DNA from: Gammaproteobacteria bacterium
GTDB taxonomy: Bacteria > Pseudomonadota > Gammaproteobacteria > UBA4575
Length of the DNA: 64,000 nt
Direction of reading: 5' to 3'
Assembly (NCBI GenBank): GCA_963662355.1
Contig: OY759361.1
Coordinates: forward strand, 1,386,265 to 1,450,264
A program made the position numbers and the translations under genes. Shown in pieces: positions 19,075 to 31,668 of this stretch (its first letter is position 1; every line of letters starts with the position of its first letter). The notes beneath the pieces are model-generated. The model worked only from the letters and a program-made list of their open reading frames with translations. It had not been told where the DNA came from and did no database searches.

Positions 19075-19494
19075 ATGCGAGCCCTGCGCCTGATCTGTGC
19101 ACTCTACGCGCTGCTGCTGGCCCTGGTGGTGGCAGTGAACTACGTGATCACCCCGCTGTATGATGATGGCAGTACCGGCTACCCGGTGTGGAGCATACTG
19201 AACTGGTTCATGGCCGCGGGTGCGGGGCTGGCTCTGGTAGCTGGCACGGTCTGGAAAGTGCGCTATTCCAACACCGAGGATGTGAAGGAGTATTTCAGGG
19301 CGAGTGGCCTGTTTTATGCGTCAGTGGTCCTGTTTTTATGGTTTTTCTCGAACTGGTTTGCGGACATGATGTCACGCGAAGTGCCGCTGTTGTGGGAGCT
19401 CTGTGACCCGTTGTTCGTGGTGGTGCTGGGGGCCACAGGACTGCGCCTGCTGTCCGAAAGCTGCAATCAGGCGGACGCCAGTGACCGCGTCTGA
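19075..19494 (+). CDS. hypothetical integral membrane protein
   Basis: 139-aa ORF with 3-4 predicted hydrophobic helices. Confidence 0.45.
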   Translation: MRALRLICALYALLLALVVAVNYVITPLYDDGSTGYPVWSILNWFMAAGAGLALVAGTVWKVRYSNTEDVKEYFRASGLFYASVVLFLWFFSNWFADMMSREVPLLWELCDPLFVVVLGATGLRLLSESCNQADASDRV

Positions 19495-19588
19495 AGATTG
19501 ACGTACGCGATTTCCCTGAAATATTTGTTCCAAACTTTCCAAAATCACGTTAAAATGCTTTGTTTGGCAGTTGCAAGGTGCTGAGTTG

Positions 19589-19664
19589 AGGCCAGTAGCT
19601 CAATTGGCAGAGCGGCGGTCTCCAAAACCGCAGGTTGGGGGTTCGATTCCCTCCTGGCCTGCCA
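19589..19664 (+). tRNA. trpT: tRNA-Trp (anticodon CCA)
   Basis: Sequence AGGCCAGTAGCTCAATTGGCAGAGCGGCGGTCTCCAAAACCGCAGGTTGGGGGTTCGATTCCCTCCTGGCCTGCCA has a cloverleaf with anticodon loop CUCCAAAAC. It closely resembles E. coli tRNA-Trp and sits in the classic position upstream of secE. Confidence 0.9.
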
Positions 19665-19717
19665 GTATGGGCAAAATCACGAGCTACGTCTGCAAGTAGA
19701 ATTTTTGAAATCACGAT

Positions 19718-20086
19718 ATGGCAGGAAAAGCTGACGCTACGGCAAGTGGCATGGATACTGTCAAGCTGGCCGTATCTATCGGGATACTGGTTGCGAGTGT
19801 ACTCGCATTCTATGTGTTTGCAGACCAGCCTTTGCTATACCGTGTATTGGGTATCGTAGCAGCGATTGTACTGGCGGCCGTAATTGCATTGACGACCGAA
19901 CGGGGCCGTTCATTTGCCAGTTTCATGCAGGATGCACGCACTGAAGTGCGCAAAATGGTCTGGCCTACACGTGTAGAGACCCTGCAAACGACTGTTGTGG
20001 TTATCGTGGTGGTAGTGATTCTGGCATTGTTTTTATGGATTGTTGATCGTGGTTTGACGACTTTAATACAGTTCGTCATTAGGTGA
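19718..20086 (+). CDS. secE: preprotein translocase subunit SecE
   Basis: 122-aa protein with the typical three-TM SecE layout, located before nusG. Confidence 0.9.
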   Translation: MAGKADATASGMDTVKLAVSIGILVASVLAFYVFADQPLLYRVLGIVAAIVLAAVIALTTERGRSFASFMQDARTEVRKMVWPTRVETLQTTVVVIVVVVILALFLWIVDRGLTTLIQFVIR

Positions 20087-20094
20087 GAATTTAA

Positions 20095-20628
20095 ATGTCT
20101 ATGCGTTGGTATGTTGTGCATGCGTATTCTGGGTTTGAGCACCAGGTCAAGCGTTCGTTGGCAGAAAGAATTGAAAGATTCGGCATGCAGGATAGGTTTG
20201 GCGAAATCCTGGTTCCGGTAGAAGAAGTTGTCGAAATGCGCGAGGGACAGAAACGACGCAGTGAGCGCAAATTTTTCCCGGGATACGTGCTGATGAAGAT
20301 GGAGATGGATGATGATACCTGGCATCTGGTCAAGGATTGCCCGAAGGTACTCGGTTTCATAGGCGGCTCTACAGAGAAACCTGCACCGATTACTGAGAAG
20401 GAGGCCGATAATATCAAGGCACGCATGCAGGAAGGCGTGGACCAGCCCAAACCCAAGGTACTGTTTGAACCAGGTGAAGTGGTTCGCGTTACAGATGGCC
20501 CGTTCAACGACTTTAACGGCGTGGTTGAAGAAGTAAATTATGAAAAAAGCCGCATGCTCGTGGCAGTACAGATTTTCGGACGTTCAACCCCGGTAGAGCT
20601 TGGGTTTGGCCAGGTTGAAAAGGGTTGA
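20095..20628 (+). CDS. nusG: transcription termination/antitermination factor NusG
   Basis: N-terminal [15 protein letters not shown] and the KOW-domain region [11 protein letters not shown]. Confidence 0.95.
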   Translation: MSMRWYVVHAYSGFEHQVKRSLAERIERFGMQDRFGEILVPVEEVVEMREGQKRRSERKFFPGYVLMKMEMDDDTWHLVKDCPKVLGFIGGSTEKPAPITEKEADNIKARMQEGVDQPKPKVLFEPGEVVRVTDGPFNDFNGVVEEVNYEKSRMLVAVQIFGRSTPVELGFGQVEKG

Positions 20629-20652
20629 GAATACTGAACGGAAAGGCAGGAA

Positions 20653-21084
20653 ATGGCAAAGAAAACTAGTGCGTACGTAAAGTTGCAGGTTCCAGCAGGC
20701 GATGCAAATCCAAGCCCGCCAGTGGGCCCTGCGCTTGGGCAGCATGGTGTGAACATCATGGATTTCTGTAAGGAATTCAATGCGAAGACACAGGGCCTGG
20801 AGAAAGGCATGCCCGTGCCGGTCGTGATTGAAATATTCAGTGACCGCAGTTTTACCTTTGTCACCAAGACGCCCCCTGCTTCGGTTTTGCTGAAAAAGGC
20901 AGCAAAACTGGATAAGGGGAGCGGCCGTCCAAATACTGAAAAAGTAGGCAAGGTAAACCGTGCTCAACTCGAAGACATTGCCAAAGCGAAAATGCCGGAT
21001 ATCACTGCTGCCGACATGGATGCAGCCGTGCGTACGATTGCAGGCAGTGCCCGCAGCATGGGCCTGGAAGTGGAAGGAGTGTAA
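20653..21084 (+). CDS. rplK: 50S ribosomal protein L11
   Basis: MAKK...[25 protein letters not shown]. Confidence 0.95.
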   Translation: MAKKTSAYVKLQVPAGDANPSPPVGPALGQHGVNIMDFCKEFNAKTQGLEKGMPVPVVIEIFSDRSFTFVTKTPPASVLLKKAAKLDKGSGRPNTEKVGKVNRAQLEDIAKAKMPDITAADMDAAVRTIAGSARSMGLEVEGV

Positions 21085-21088
21085 GGGT

Positions 21089-21781
21089 ATGGCAAAGTCC
21101 GGTAAGAAACTTCGTGCCGCACGTGAAAAGGCAGAGGCAGGCAAGGTGTATGCGCCCGGCGATGCCATGCAGCTGGTAAAGGATTGTGCAGCAGCAAACT
21201 TCAAAGAGTCCGTGGACGCATGCGTGAAGCTTGGTGTGGACCCCAGGAAATCAGACCAGGTAGTCAGGGGTTCCACGGTACTTCCGCATGGTACGGGAAA
21301 AACCGTGCGGGTTGCGGTATTTGCAGAGGGGCAGCAGGCAGAGGCGGCTAAGACTGCCGGAGCCGAGTTGGTGGGCCTCGCAGATCTTGCAGAACAGGTC
21401 AAGGAAGGGCAGATCGGATTTGATGTGGCCATCGCGACACCCGATGCGATGCGGGTTGTTGGACAACTGGGTCCGATTCTGGGTCCGCGTGGATTGATGC
21501 CGAACCCCAAAATGGGGACAGTGACTGCCAATGTTGAAAATGCTGTGAAAAATGCAAAAGCCGGCCAGGTGCGCTACAAGGCAGACAAGGGGGGACTCAT
21601 TCACTGTTCGATAGGCAGCGTCGAGTTTGAGACGCCTCAGCTTGAAGAAAACCTCCAGGCATTGGTAGCCGACCTGGTAAAAGCCAAGCCGGCTTCGGCC
21701 AAGGGTATCTACATAAAAAAGGTCACGGTTTCTTCTACCATGGGTACGGGAATACAGGTAGACCAGACCGTATGGGCATAA
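21089..21781 (+). CDS. rplA: 50S ribosomal protein L1
   Basis: The internal ATG giving [18 protein letters not shown] fits the L1 N-terminus. The longer ORF from 20960 is an upstream-frame artefact. Confidence 0.9.
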   Translation: MAKSGKKLRAAREKAEAGKVYAPGDAMQLVKDCAAANFKESVDACVKLGVDPRKSDQVVRGSTVLPHGTGKTVRVAVFAEGQQAEAAKTAGAELVGLADLAEQVKEGQIGFDVAIATPDAMRVVGQLGPILGPRGLMPNPKMGTVTANVENAVKNAKAGQVRYKADKGGLIHCSIGSVEFETPQLEENLQALVADLVKAKPASAKGIYIKKVTVSSTMGTGIQVDQTVWA

Positions 21782-22018
21782 ACAGGTTTCGGGCCAGGCC
21801 TGAAGATTTGGCTTGCAGGTTTAGACTGACAGGCACTTGAGCCTCGCAGGTGCAGGCGCGGGTATTGGTGCTGGCATGAGGACCTGGCCTGCGTAGACGT
21901 GTTATCCGGACCAGGGCCGCTCCTGGCGGGTTACAGGGTAAGGGCATACATATGCTGACGGGCATTTGTATGATCGTTAAACAACACTTTATATGTGTGG
22001 AATTCAAAGGACTCTGCT
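21782..22018 (+). promoter_or_regulatory. GC-rich structured rplA-rplJ spacer; candidate L10 (rplJ) autoregulatory leader
   Basis: 237-nt spacer with local hairpins (for example CCAGGGCCGCTCCTGG). Corresponds in position to the L10 leader of enterobacteria. Confidence 0.3.
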
Positions 22019-22549
22019 GTGGCCTTACGACTGGAACAGAAGAAGGAAGTTGTATCTGAAGTAGCACAGGTTGCCGCTGGAGCATACTCTGCAATAGCCG
22101 CTGAATATCGCGGCTTGAACGTAGTCGATCTGACGGGGCTTCGTGCCCGGGCACGAGAGCAGGGGGTCTATCTGAGAGTAGTAAAAAACACGCTTGCCAA
22201 GCGAGCCCTGCAGGGCACCTCATACGAATGCATGAGCCAGGGTCTGGCTGGACCCCTCATGCTGATGTTTTCACGGGAAGACCCAGGGTCAGCCGCACGG
22301 CTGGTCAAGGAGTTTACTGAAGACAATGAACTGCTTGTGGTCAAGATGATTGCTGTGGACGGTCAGCTTCTGGAAGCAACTGCATTGGAGAGGCTTTCCA
22401 GTTTGCCAAACAAGGAGCAGGCGCTGGGCATGTTGATGGCCGTAATGAAGGCGCCGATAGAAAAACTCGTATGCACCTTGGCTGCGCCACATGCAACGCT
22501 GGTCAGAACAATTGCTGCCGTGCGCGATAAAAAGCAGGCAGGAGGGTAG
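22019..22549 (+). CDS. rplJ: 50S ribosomal protein L10
   Basis: GTG start giving MALRLEQKKEVVSEV (compare E. coli MALNLEDKK). AAGGA lies 7 nt upstream. Confidence 0.85.
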   Translation: MALRLEQKKEVVSEVAQVAAGAYSAIAAEYRGLNVVDLTGLRARAREQGVYLRVVKNTLAKRALQGTSYECMSQGLAGPLMLMFSREDPGSAARLVKEFTEDNELLVVKMIAVDGQLLEATALERLSSLPNKEQALGMLMAVMKAPIEKLVCTLAAPHATLVRTIAAVRDKKQAGG

Positions 22550-22634
22550 GAGAACTGTGCCTTGCTCGAGTAGCGGGCAATGATCGATTTTGGTTTCATG
22601 GTTTTTGGGATATTGATTTTACTAGGAGATAGAA

Positions 22635-23009
22635 ATGGCTGTTACGAAAGAAGATATTCTTGAGACAATCTCTGGAATGAGTGTGATGGAAGTGGTCGAT
22701 TTGATTTCGGACATGGAGGAAAGGTTCGGAGTCTCTGCGGCCCAGGTCGCCGTGCCTGCGGCAGTGGCCGACGGGGGCGGTGAAGCCGAAGCTGAAAAGG
22801 ATGAATTTGACGTGGTCATGAGCAGCTTTGGGAGTAACAAGATTGCTGTCATCAAGGTGGTGCGTACCATCACAGGTCTTGGCCTCAAGGAAGCGAAGGA
22901 TATGGTTGAAGGCGTCCCGTCGACCATCAAGGAAGCTGTTGCAAAGGATGGTGCAGAGGAAATCAAAAAGCAGTTGGAAGAAGCAGGCGCAACAGTAGAA
23001 CTCAAGTAA
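22635..23009 (+). CDS. rplL: 50S ribosomal protein L7/L12
   Basis: [24 protein letters not shown]...ELK. Confidence 0.95.
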   Translation: MAVTKEDILETISGMSVMEVVDLISDMEERFGVSAAQVAVPAAVADGGGEAEAEKDEFDVVMSSFGSNKIAVIKVVRTITGLGLKEAKDMVEGVPSTIKEAVAKDGAEEIKKQLEEAGATVELK

Positions 23010-23042
23010 TCGTTGTTCGATTTAACCCTGACACCGATCAGC

Positions 23043-23074
23043 CAGTGTTCATGAGAACGCTGCCGGACTTTTTT
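23043..23074 (+). terminator. possible partial attenuator/terminator between rplL and rpoB
   Basis: Stem CAGTGTTC-ATGA-GAACGCTG (8 bp with one G.T pair), followed 6 nt later by TTTTTT. Confidence 0.25.
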
Positions 23075-23105
23075 GTATGTGCATTTTGATAATGGGGTAA
23101 CCTCA

Positions 23106-26100
23106 ATGGCCTATAGCTACACCAGCAAGAAACGGATCCGGAAGGATTTTGGCAAGAGACCTGAAATCCTGGCGGTCCCTTACATGTTGCAGATTCAACT
23201 GGCTTCATACCGACGGTTTTTACAGGATGAAAAATTGAATGAAGGCCGTGAAGAATTCGGCCTGCAAGGCGTATTCAATTCAGTATTTCCAATCGTGAGT
23301 TATTCTGGAAACGTCGAGCTTGAATATGTAAGTTACCGATTGGAACAGCCTCCGTTTGAAGTCAAGGAATGCCAGTTAAGGAGCCTCACGTACCATGCTC
23401 CCCTGAAGGTACTCTTGCGCCTGGTTATCTATGACAAGGATGCACCTGCCGGCTCCAAGAAAGTCAAGGATGTCAAGGAGCAGGAAGTCTACATGGGCGA
23501 GTTGCCGCTGATGACCGATACCGGGGCATTTGTCATCAATGGTACGGAGCGTGTGATCGTGTCCCAGTTGCACCGTTCTCCAGGCGTGTTTTTCGACCAT
23601 GACAAAGGCAAAACGCATTCCTCAGGCAAGCTTTTGCATTCTGCCAGGGTCATCCCTTACCGCGGGTCATGGCTGGATTTTGAGTTTGATCATAAGGATT
23701 GTCTTTTTGTGCGTATTGATCGGCGCAGGAAACTGCCTGCAACCGTTTTATTGCGTGCATTAGGCTTTAGTGCTGAAGAGATTCTTGCCACATTTTTTGA
23801 TACCAATTCAGTACACATCACTGACACAGGCTTTATTCTGGATTTAATTCCGGAAAGGCTGCGGGGTGAAATTTCTCCGTTTGAGATCAAGGCAGGCAGC
23901 AAGGTAATCGTTGAGGCAGGTCGGCGTATTACAGTACGCCATGTGCGGCAAATAGAAAAAGCAGGCATCAAGAAACTTGATGTTCCGGTCGAGTACCTGT
24001 TTGGCAAGATCCTTGCCAAGGACTTGGTTGACGTCGATACAGGTGAAGTGGTTTGCAGTGCCAATGATGAGCTCACCGAGGAAAATATCGAGAAAATCCT
24101 CGAGTCTTCGGTGGATACGCTGGAGTTGCTCTATACAAATGACATTGATCGCCGCCCGTATGTCACGTCCACTCTCGCGATAGACGCAACCACCAACGAG
24201 CTGGAGGCCCAGGTAGAAATATACCGCATGATGCGCCCGGGTGAGCCGCCTACCAAGGATGCGGCCCAGAACTTGTTCCAGAATCTGTTTTTTGTGCCGG
24301 AACGCTATGACCTGTCACCGGTAGGACGGATGAAGTTTAACCGTCGCGTAGGAAGGGAGGAAACATCAGGTCCGGGTACCCTCAGCAAGGAAGATATTTT
24401 GGATGTCATGCGAACGCTCATTGATATTCCCAACGGAAAGGGCATGGTTGATGACATTGACCACTTGGGAAATCGCCGTGTGCGGTGTGTAGGTGAAATG
24501 GTCGAGAATGCTTTCCGGGTAGGCCTGGTCAGAGTCGAACGTGCTGTGAAGGAGCGGCTGACCTTGGCAGAATCCGAGGGATTGATGCCACAGGAAATGA
24601 TTAATGCAAAGCCGGTGGCTGCTGCGATAAAGGAGTTTTTCGGCTCGAGTCAGCTTTCACAATTCATGGACCAGAATAACCCGCTTTCTGAAATCACCCA
24701 CAAGCGCAGAATTTCTGCTTTGGGGCCAGGGGGCCTGACGCGTGAGCGTGCAGGATTTGAAGTTCGGGATGTACACCCTACCCACTATGGACGAGTTTGT
24801 CCGATCGAAACCCCTGAGGGTCCAAACATCGGGTTGATCAACTCGCTGGCGATATTTGCCCGCACTAATGAATACGGCTTCTTGGAGACTCCGTACAGGA
24901 AAGTCACCAATGGGAAGGTCACCGCCGAAATCGAGTATCTGTCAGCCATTGAGGAGAGTCAGTTTACGATTGCCCAGGCGAATGCACGTCTGGATGATAA
25001 GGGCCGGTTTCTGGACGGACTGGTGTCTGTCCGGCACAGGAACGAGTTTTCTCTTGTACCTTCCGAGGAAGTCGAATACATGGACGTGTCGCCAAAGCAA
25101 ATCGTATCGGTTGCAGCGTCACTTATCCCGTTCCTGGAACATGATGATGCCAACCGGGCGCTCATGGGTTCAAACATGCAGCGTCAGGCTGTACCTACCC
25201 TGATTTCTGAAAAACCACTGGTCGGGACAGGTATAGAGCGTGTTGTAGCCATCGATTCAGGTGCTGCGCTGGTTTCAAGGCGCAGTGGTGTCGTGGATAC
25301 CGTTGACGCCGGGCGGATCGTGGTACGGGTAAATGATGATGAAACTGAAGCAGGCGAGCCGGGCGTGGATATTTATAATCTGACCAAATACACGCGTTCC
25401 AATCAAAACACCTGTATCAACCAGAAGCCACTGGTGCGTCTTGGAGACGTCATTGCCAAGGGCGATGTGCTGGCAGACGGGCCTTCAACCGACCTGGGTG
25501 AACTGGCGCTGGGACAGAATGTACTGGTCGCATTCATGCCATGGAATGGATATAACTTTGAAGATTCGGTTTTAATTTCCGAGCGTGTCGTCGAGGAAGA
25601 CCGCTTTACTACCATACATATTGAAGAGCTCAGTTGTTTTGCCCGGGATACCAAGCTTGGTGCGGAAGAAATCACTGCAGATATACCCAATGTAAGCGAA
25701 AGCCTGTTGGCCAAGCTCGATGATTCCGGGGTTGTGTATGTAGGCGCTGAGGTCAAACCTGGTGACATCCTTGTAGGAAAAGTGACACCCAAGGGAGAAA
25801 CACAGCTTACGCCCGAGGAAAAATTGTTACGTGCGATTTTTGGTGAAAAGGCCTCCGATGTAAAAGACACGTCATTGCGTGTTCCGTCAGGAATGGAAGG
25901 CACAGTGATCGATGTGAGAGTGTTCACGCGTGACGGGGTAAGCAAGGACAAGCGTGCCTTGCAGATCGAGGAAGCTGAAATCGATCAGGTGCGCAAAGAC
26001 CTGAATGACCAGTTGCGCATTTATGAAGACGATATCTACAGCCGGGTAGAACGCCTGATTGCCAATGAGGTTGCAGAGGGCGGCCCGGATGGCCTGAAAG

Positions 26101-27188
26101 CGGGTGCCAAGATCAACAAGGCATATCTCGATAGCGTGGGGCGAGAACGCTGGTTTGAAATTCGAATCCGTGCCGAGCAAGTGCATTCGCAGCTGGAAAA
26201 GCTTTCCAACCAGCTGAGAGAACAGCGCGAATCTTTTGAACAGAGGCTGGAGGAAAAGAGGGAGAAAATTACGGCAGGCGATGATCTTGCTCCGGGTGTT
26301 TTGAAGATGGTCAAGGTGTACCTGGCCGTCAAACGCCGCATGCAGCCAGGTGACAAGGTGGCAGGCCGCCATGGAAACAAGGGGGTGGTTTCAATGATTG
26401 TGCCGGTCGAAGACATGCCCTATATGGAAAATGGGACGCCAGTCGATATCGTCTTGAATCCCCTGGGTGTTCCTTCGCGTATGAATGTTGGACAGGTACT
26501 TGAAACTCACCTGGGCTGGGCTGCAAAAGGCCTCGGTCTGAAAATTGGTCAAATACTCAGTAAAACAAATAAAGTCAATGGACTACGAGATATTCTGAAT
26601 GATATATATAATGAAGATAAAGGAATTCCGGTTGCGCTGAATGAATTCAGTGATGAAGAGATCCAGACGTTATCAAAGAATTTATGCCAGGGTGTGCCGG
26701 TGGCTACGCCTGTATTTGATGGAGCACAGGAGTTCGAGATCAAACGCATGCTGAAGCTTGCGGGCTTGCCAGAGGATGGGCAGACCTACCTGTGGGACGG
26801 GCGAACTGGCGAACGGTTTGATCGCAAGATCACGGTGGGCTACATGTACATGATGAAGCTCAATCATCTTGTTGATGACAAGATGCATGCACGTTCGACC
26901 GGACCTTACAGCCTAGTTACCCAGCAGCCATTGGGGGGTAAGGCTCAGTTTGGTGGTCAGCGCTTTGGCGAAATGGAGGTCTGGGCGCTTGAAGCGTACG
27001 GTGCTTCATACACCCTGCAGGAAATGCTGACGGTCAAGTCTGATGACGTCATGGGCCGTAACAAGATGTACAAGAATATTGTAGATAGCAATCACAGGAT
27101 AGATGCCAGCATGCCAGAGTCATTCAATGTGCTGATGAAAGAGATTCGTTCTCTCGGTTTGAACATAGACTTTGAACAGAAAGCCTGA
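23106..27188 (+). CDS. rpoB: DNA-directed RNA polymerase subunit beta
   Basis: [20 protein letters not shown]... Full-length conserved beta subunit. Confidence 0.97.
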   Translation: MAYSYTSKKRIRKDFGKRPEILAVPYMLQIQLASYRRFLQDEKLNEGREEFGLQGVFNSVFPIVSYSGNVELEYVSYRLEQPPFEVKECQLRSLTYHAPLKVLLRLVIYDKDAPAGSKKVKDVKEQEVYMGELPLMTDTGAFVINGTERVIVSQLHRSPGVFFDHDKGKTHSSGKLLHSARVIPYRGSWLDFEFDHKDCLFVRIDRRRKLPATVLLRALGFSAEEILATFFDTNSVHITDTGFILDLIPERLRGEISPFEIKAGSKVIVEAGRRITVRHVRQIEKAGIKKLDVPVEYLFGKILAKDLVDVDTGEVVCSANDELTEENIEKILESSVDTLELLYTNDIDRRPYVTSTLAIDATTNELEAQVEIYRMMRPGEPPTKDAAQNLFQNLFFVPERYDLSPVGRMKFNRRVGREETSGPGTLSKEDILDVMRTLIDIPNGKGMVDDIDHLGNRRVRCVGEMVENAFRVGLVRVERAVKERLTLAESEGLMPQEMINAKPVAAAIKEFFGSSQLSQFMDQNNPLSEITHKRRISALGPGGLTRERAGFEVRDVHPTHYGRVCPIETPEGPNIGLINSLAIFARTNEYGFLETPYRKVTNGKVTAEIEYLSAIEESQFTIAQANARLDDKGRFLDGLVSVRHRNEFSLVPSEEVEYMDVSPKQIVSVAASLIPFLEHDDANRALMGSNMQRQAVPTLISEKPLVGTGIERVVAIDSGAALVSRRSGVVDTVDAGRIVVRVNDDETEAGEPGVDIYNLTKYTRSNQNTCINQKPLVRLGDVIAKGDVLADGPSTDLGELALGQNVLVAFMPWNGYNFEDSVLISERVVEEDRFTTIHIEELSCFARDTKLGAEEITADIPNVSESLLAKLDDSGVVYVGAEVKPGDILVGKVTPKGETQLTPEEKLLRAIFGEKASDVKDTSLRVPSGMEGTVIDVRVFTRDGVSKDKRALQIEEAEIDQVRKDLNDQLRIYEDDIYSRVERLIANEVAEGGPDGLKAGAKINKAYLDSVGRERWFEIRIRAEQVHSQLEKLSNQLREQRESFEQRLEEKREKITAGDDLAPGVLKMVKVYLAVKRRMQPGDKVAGRHGNKGVVSMIVPVEDMPYMENGTPVDIVLNPLGVPSRMNVGQVLETHLGWAAKGLGLKIGQILSKTNKVNGLRDILNDIYNEDKGIPVALNEFSDEEIQTLSKNLCQGVPVATPVFDGAQEFEIKRMLKLAGLPEDGQTYLWDGRTGERFDRKITVGYMYMMKLNHLVDDKMHARSTGPYSLVTQQPLGGKAQFGGQRFGEMEVWALEAYGASYTLQEMLTVKSDDVMGRNKMYKNIVDSNHRIDASMPESFNVLMKEIRSLGLNIDFEQKA

Positions 27189-27269
27189 TTCAGACTGTAC
27201 GGACATCTGTATAGGTTTAATGCTGCATATGCAACGAGCTTGCATTGCGGCAAACGGTACGAGGGAATC

Positions 27270-30200
27270 ATGAGAGACTTAATTAGTTTGTTGAAGCATA
27301 CGGGTGAGGTCGAGGACTTTGATGCGATACGTATCGGTTTGGCATCACCTGACATGATCCGGTCTTGGTCGTATGGTGAAGTCAAGAAGCCTGAAACCAT
27401 TAACTATCGCACGTTCAAGCCAGAGCGAGAGGGCTTGTTCTGTGCAAAGATTTTTGGGCCAAACAAGGACTACGAATGCCTGTGCGGGAAATACAAACGT
27501 CTGAAGCATCGTGGCGTCGTGTGCGAGAAATGTGGCGTTGAAGTAACACTGACTAAAGTGCGTCGTGAGCGAATGGGGCACATTGAGCTTGCCAGCCCTG
27601 TCGCCCATATCTGGTTTCTGAAATCGTTGCCTTCACGCATCGGGTTGCTGCTGGACATGACCTTGCGTGACGTGGAACGCATACTCTACTTTGAAGCATT
27701 TATCGTCATTGACCCTGGCATGACCGGGCTTGAACACAAGCAATTGCTTTCCGATGAAGCCTATCTGGAAGCAATCGAAGCCTATGGAGACGAGTTTGAT
27801 GCGCGCATGGGAGCTGAGGCAATTTACGAGCTGCTGAAGCAGGTTGACCTGGAACAGGAAATTACCGATTTGCGAGAGGATATCAAGGAGACACGCTCTG
27901 AAGCGAAGTTGAAACGGTTTTCCAAGCGCCTGAGGCTAGCTGAGTATTTCATCGAGTCGGGCAACAAGCCTGAATGGATGGTGTTGACTGTATTGCCTGT
28001 TTTACCGCCAGATCTTCGGCCCCTGGTACACCTGGATGGCGGACGTTTTGCAACCTCCGATCTGAATGACCTGTATCGACGGGTGATCAACCGTAACAAC
28101 CGGTTGAAGCGATTGCTGGAGCTGAATGCACCCGACATCATTGTTCGCAATGAGAAGCGCATGCTGCAAGAAGCAGTGGATGCCTTGCTGGATAATGGGC
28201 GCCGTGGTCGAGCAATCACCGGTACCAACCGGCGTGCACTCAAGTCCCTTGCAGACATGATCAAGGGCAAACAGGGGCGTTTTCGCCAGAATCTGCTGGG
28301 GAAACGGGTAGACTATTCAGGACGTTCGGTCATCGTAGTCGGGCCAACACTGAAACTGCACCAGTGCGGGTTACCCAAAAAGATGGCTCTGGAACTTTTC
28401 AAGCCATTCATATTCAGCAAGCTCCACATGCGTGGAATCGCGCCGACTATCAAGGCTTGTAAAAAAGTCGTTGAGAAAGAAGGCCCGGAAGTCTGGGATA
28501 TCCTTGAGGAAGTCATCCGGGAGCATCCTGTACTGTTGAATCGTGCGCCTACGCTGCACCGTCTGGGCATACAGGCGTTTGAACCCATTCTGATCGAAGG
28601 CAAGGCAATCCAGCTGCATCCTTTGGTGTGCACCGCGTTCAATGCCGATTTTGACGGAGACCAGATGGCCGTTCATGTGCCCCTGTCTGTTGAGGCACAG
28701 CTGGAAAGCCGTGCCCTGATTATGTCCACCAACAATGTATTGTCCCCTGCAAACGGCAGCCCCATTATCGTTCCATCCCAGGACATCGTCCTGGGCCTGT
28801 ATTACCTCACGCGTGAAAAAGTGGATGAACACGGTAACGGCATGTGTTTTTCCGATGTGGAAGAGGCGCAGCGAGCTTACGAGGGCGGTGCAGTCGGATT
28901 GCATGCCAAAGTAAAGATTCGGGTTGACGATGTGGATGAAGATCAGGATGGCAACGTGCAGAAGGTACGTCGTGTCATCGAAACCACTGTGGGACGTGCG
29001 ATCCTTTCAAAGGTGTTACCCGAAGGCTTGCCATTTGCACTGGTAAACCGTGATATGAACAAACGTGCGATTTCATCACTTATTGACGAGTCGTACCGCC
29101 GTACAGGGCTGAAAGATACGGTAATCCTTGCAGACAAGCTGATGTACACAGGGTTTCATCATGCAACCCGTGCAGGGATTTCATTCTGTGCAGATGACAT
29201 GGTAATCCCGGAAGAGAAACAAACCATTCTCGGTGATGCGGAAAAGGAAGTCGAAGAGATCGCTTCCCAGTATGCATCCGGACTTGTAACCAGAGAAGAG
29301 CGCTACAACAAGGTCATTGACATCTGGTCGCATACCAACGAGCAGGTGGCCAAGGCCATGATGAGTCGACTTGGCAATGAAAAAGTCAGGGATCCAGATG
29401 GCAAATCCATTACCCAGAAATCATTCAACTCCATCTACATGATGGCAGATTCAGGCGCCAGGGGCTCTGCAGCTCAAATTCGCCAGCTCGCAGGCATGCG
29501 GGGGCTGATGGCTAAACCAGACGGCTCGATTATTGAAACACCTATCACTGCAAATTTCCGTGAAGGTTTGAATGTACTGCAATACTTCATTTCTACACAC
29601 GGCGCACGCAAGGGTCTTGCCGATACCGCGTTGAAGACGGCCAACTCCGGCTATTTGACGCGTCGCTTGGTGGATGTTGCGCAGGACTTGGTTGTGACCG
29701 AGATTGACTGCGAAACTTCCAAAGGCATGATAATGAAACCTGTCATCGAAGGCGGTGATGTTGTGCAAACCCTGCAAAGCCGTGTACTGGGCAGAGTGGT
29801 TGCTGAAGATGTCCTGGATGTGAATGGGACTGATGTCCTGATTCCTGCAAGTACACTCCTGGATGAAGTGTGGTGCAAGAGGTTTGAGGATCTGGGTGTA
29901 GACGAGATAAAAGTTCGCACCCCTATCAATTGTGAAACCCGTTACGGGGTTTGCTCGAATTGCTATGGCCGAGATCTGGCACGTGGACACCTCGTCAACA
30001 TAGGTGAAGCTGTCGGAGTCATTGCGGCCCAGTCTATTGGTGAACCGGGCACACAGCTGACCATGCGGACGTTCCATATTGGGGGTGCTGCAAATCGTGC
30101 AGCTTCAACAAGTGGTATCACTGTGAAAACTTCAGGCACGATCCGCATGCACAATGTGAAGCTGGTACAGCATAGGGACGGGCATAATGTCGCGGTATCG

Positions 30201-31520
30201 CGTTCGGGTGAATTAAGTGTTGCCGACGAGCATGGGCGTGAAAAAGAACGTTATAAAATCAGTTATGGAGCTTCAATTGCAGTCGATGATGGGGATGCAG
30301 TGGAAGCAGGGCAGACTGTTGCGACCTGGGATCCGCACATACGTCCTATCGTCACTGAAGTGTCTGGCCGGATTCAACTGGTCGATTTTGCTGACGGTGT
30401 CACCGTCAGCATGTTTGCAGACAAGGTTACGGGTTTGAGTTCCGCAATCGTACTGGACCCGAAGAGTCGACCAGCTGCCGGCAAGGATTTGCGGCCTGCT
30501 GTGAATTTGCTCGACTCAAGCGGTGAACTTTTGAAATTTGCAGGAACTGAAAAACCGGCACATTACACCCTGCACCCGGGTGCCATCATCAGCTTGTCCG
30601 ATGGAGATACGGTAGACGTAGGTGATGTCATTGCACGTATTCCACAGGAGTCTTCCAAGACGCGTGATATCACTGGCGGCTTGCCGCGAGTTGCAGACCT
30701 GTTTGAGGCACGCAAGCCTAAAGAACCTGCAGTGCTAGCCGAACAGACTGGCACGGTAAGTTTCGGGAAAGACACGAAAGGAAAGGAGCGTCTCGTGATA
30801 ACCGATGAAGAGGGTGAGTCCAAGGAAGTGCTGATACCAAAATGGCGGCAGATCAATGTGTTCGAAGGGGAACACGTTGAAAGGGGCGAGGTCATTGTAG
30901 ATGGTGAACTCAACCTGCATGATATTCTGCGTTTACTGGGTATCAATCAGCTTGCAGGCTATCTGGTAAAGGAAATTCAGGACGTATACCGTTTGCAGGG
31001 TGTTGAAATTGATGACAAGCACATCGAAGTCATTATCAGGCAAATGCTACGTAAGGCAGAGATCACCGACCCAGGTGATACGAATTTCCTGATGGGTGAG
31101 CAGGTCGAGAAATCTCGGGTGCTCGAAGTGAATGAAAACATGGAAGCGGAGGACAAAGGGCCTGCAGAGTTTGGGCCCGTATTACTTGGCGTTACCAAGG
31201 CATCGCTGGTTACGGAATCTTTTATATCTGCAGCGTCATTCCAGGAGACCACGCGTGTATTGACAGAGGCCTCGGTAAGAGGGTCGAAGGATTCATTGCG
31301 CGGTTTGAAAGAAAATGTCATTGTTGGTCGCTTGATTCCCGCCGGTACAGGCCTGGCCTACCACGAAGAGCGGCGTCGCAATCTTCTGGCAGAGACTGCA
31401 GTCAGCGAGTCAAGCGAGGACAATGATCTGACTGAAGAGCTGGCTGAAGAAGCATTGGCAGAAGAGCTTTCAGCGGCAAATGGGGATACTCAAGCAACTG
31501 GAGTGGCCTCTGGTGCCTGA
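27270..31520 (+). CDS. rpoC: DNA-directed RNA polymerase subunit beta'
   Basis: MRDLISLLK...[50 protein letters not shown], with RBS GAGGGAA upstream. Confidence 0.97.
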   Translation: MRDLISLLKHTGEVEDFDAIRIGLASPDMIRSWSYGEVKKPETINYRTFKPEREGLFCAKIFGPNKDYECLCGKYKRLKHRGVVCEKCGVEVTLTKVRRERMGHIELASPVAHIWFLKSLPSRIGLLLDMTLRDVERILYFEAFIVIDPGMTGLEHKQLLSDEAYLEAIEAYGDEFDARMGAEAIYELLKQVDLEQEITDLREDIKETRSEAKLKRFSKRLRLAEYFIESGNKPEWMVLTVLPVLPPDLRPLVHLDGGRFATSDLNDLYRRVINRNNRLKRLLELNAPDIIVRNEKRMLQEAVDALLDNGRRGRAITGTNRRALKSLADMIKGKQGRFRQNLLGKRVDYSGRSVIVVGPTLKLHQCGLPKKMALELFKPFIFSKLHMRGIAPTIKACKKVVEKEGPEVWDILEEVIREHPVLLNRAPTLHRLGIQAFEPILIEGKAIQLHPLVCTAFNADFDGDQMAVHVPLSVEAQLESRALIMSTNNVLSPANGSPIIVPSQDIVLGLYYLTREKVDEHGNGMCFSDVEEAQRAYEGGAVGLHAKVKIRVDDVDEDQDGNVQKVRRVIETTVGRAILSKVLPEGLPFALVNRDMNKRAISSLIDESYRRTGLKDTVILADKLMYTGFHHATRAGISFCADDMVIPEEKQTILGDAEKEVEEIASQYASGLVTREERYNKVIDIWSHTNEQVAKAMMSRLGNEKVRDPDGKSITQKSFNSIYMMADSGARGSAAQIRQLAGMRGLMAKPDGSIIETPITANFREGLNVLQYFISTHGARKGLADTALKTANSGYLTRRLVDVAQDLVVTEIDCETSKGMIMKPVIEGGDVVQTLQSRVLGRVVAEDVLDVNGTDVLIPASTLLDEVWCKRFEDLGVDEIKVRTPINCETRYGVCSNCYGRDLARGHLVNIGEAVGVIAAQSIGEPGTQLTMRTFHIGGAANRAASTSGITVKTSGTIRMHNVKLVQHRDGHNVAVSRSGELSVADEHGREKERYKISYGASIAVDDGDAVEAGQTVATWDPHIRPIVTEVSGRIQLVDFADGVTVSMFADKVTGLSSAIVLDPKSRPAAGKDLRPAVNLLDSSGELLKFAGTEKPAHYTLHPGAIISLSDGDTVDVGDVIARIPQESSKTRDITGGLPRVADLFEARKPKEPAVLAEQTGTVSFGKDTKGKERLVITDEEGESKEVLIPKWRQINVFEGEHVERGEVIVDGELNLHDILRLLGINQLAGYLVKEIQDVYRLQGVEIDDKHIEVIIRQMLRKAEITDPGDTNFLMGEQVEKSRVLEVNENMEAEDKGPAEFGPVLLGVTKASLVTESFISAASFQETTRVLTEASVRGSKDSLRGLKENVIVGRLIPAGTGLAYHEERRRNLLAETAVSESSEDNDLTEELAEEALAEELSAANGDTQATGVASGA

Positions 31521-31575
31521 TTGCTGCAAAACTTTCAAATCTCTCACTAAAAAAGAGAGTTTGCAACCTTCCAGC

Positions 31576-31604
31576 TTGACAGCATGACCAAGGGTTTCTA
31601 CAAT
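31576..31604 (+). promoter_or_regulatory. sigma70-type promoter upstream of rpsL (TTGACA-17-TACAAT)
   Basis: TTGACA at 31576-31581, a 17-nt spacer, and TACAAT at 31599-31604, about 65 nt upstream of the rpsL ATG. Confidence 0.5.
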
Positions 31605-31668
31605 TCCGCCGCTGACGCACAGGCCGATGTTTCATCGGCCTGTTGTTTATTTCAGGTATAGAAAATTT

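Noticed and set aside
20584-21531. 315-aa minus-strand ORF antisense to rplK/rplA, and other antisense ORFs inside rpoB, rpoC, fusA, tuf and secY
   Set aside because: The sense strand encodes universally conserved proteins whose full-length translations are recognisable. The antisense ORFs are typical shadow ORFs.
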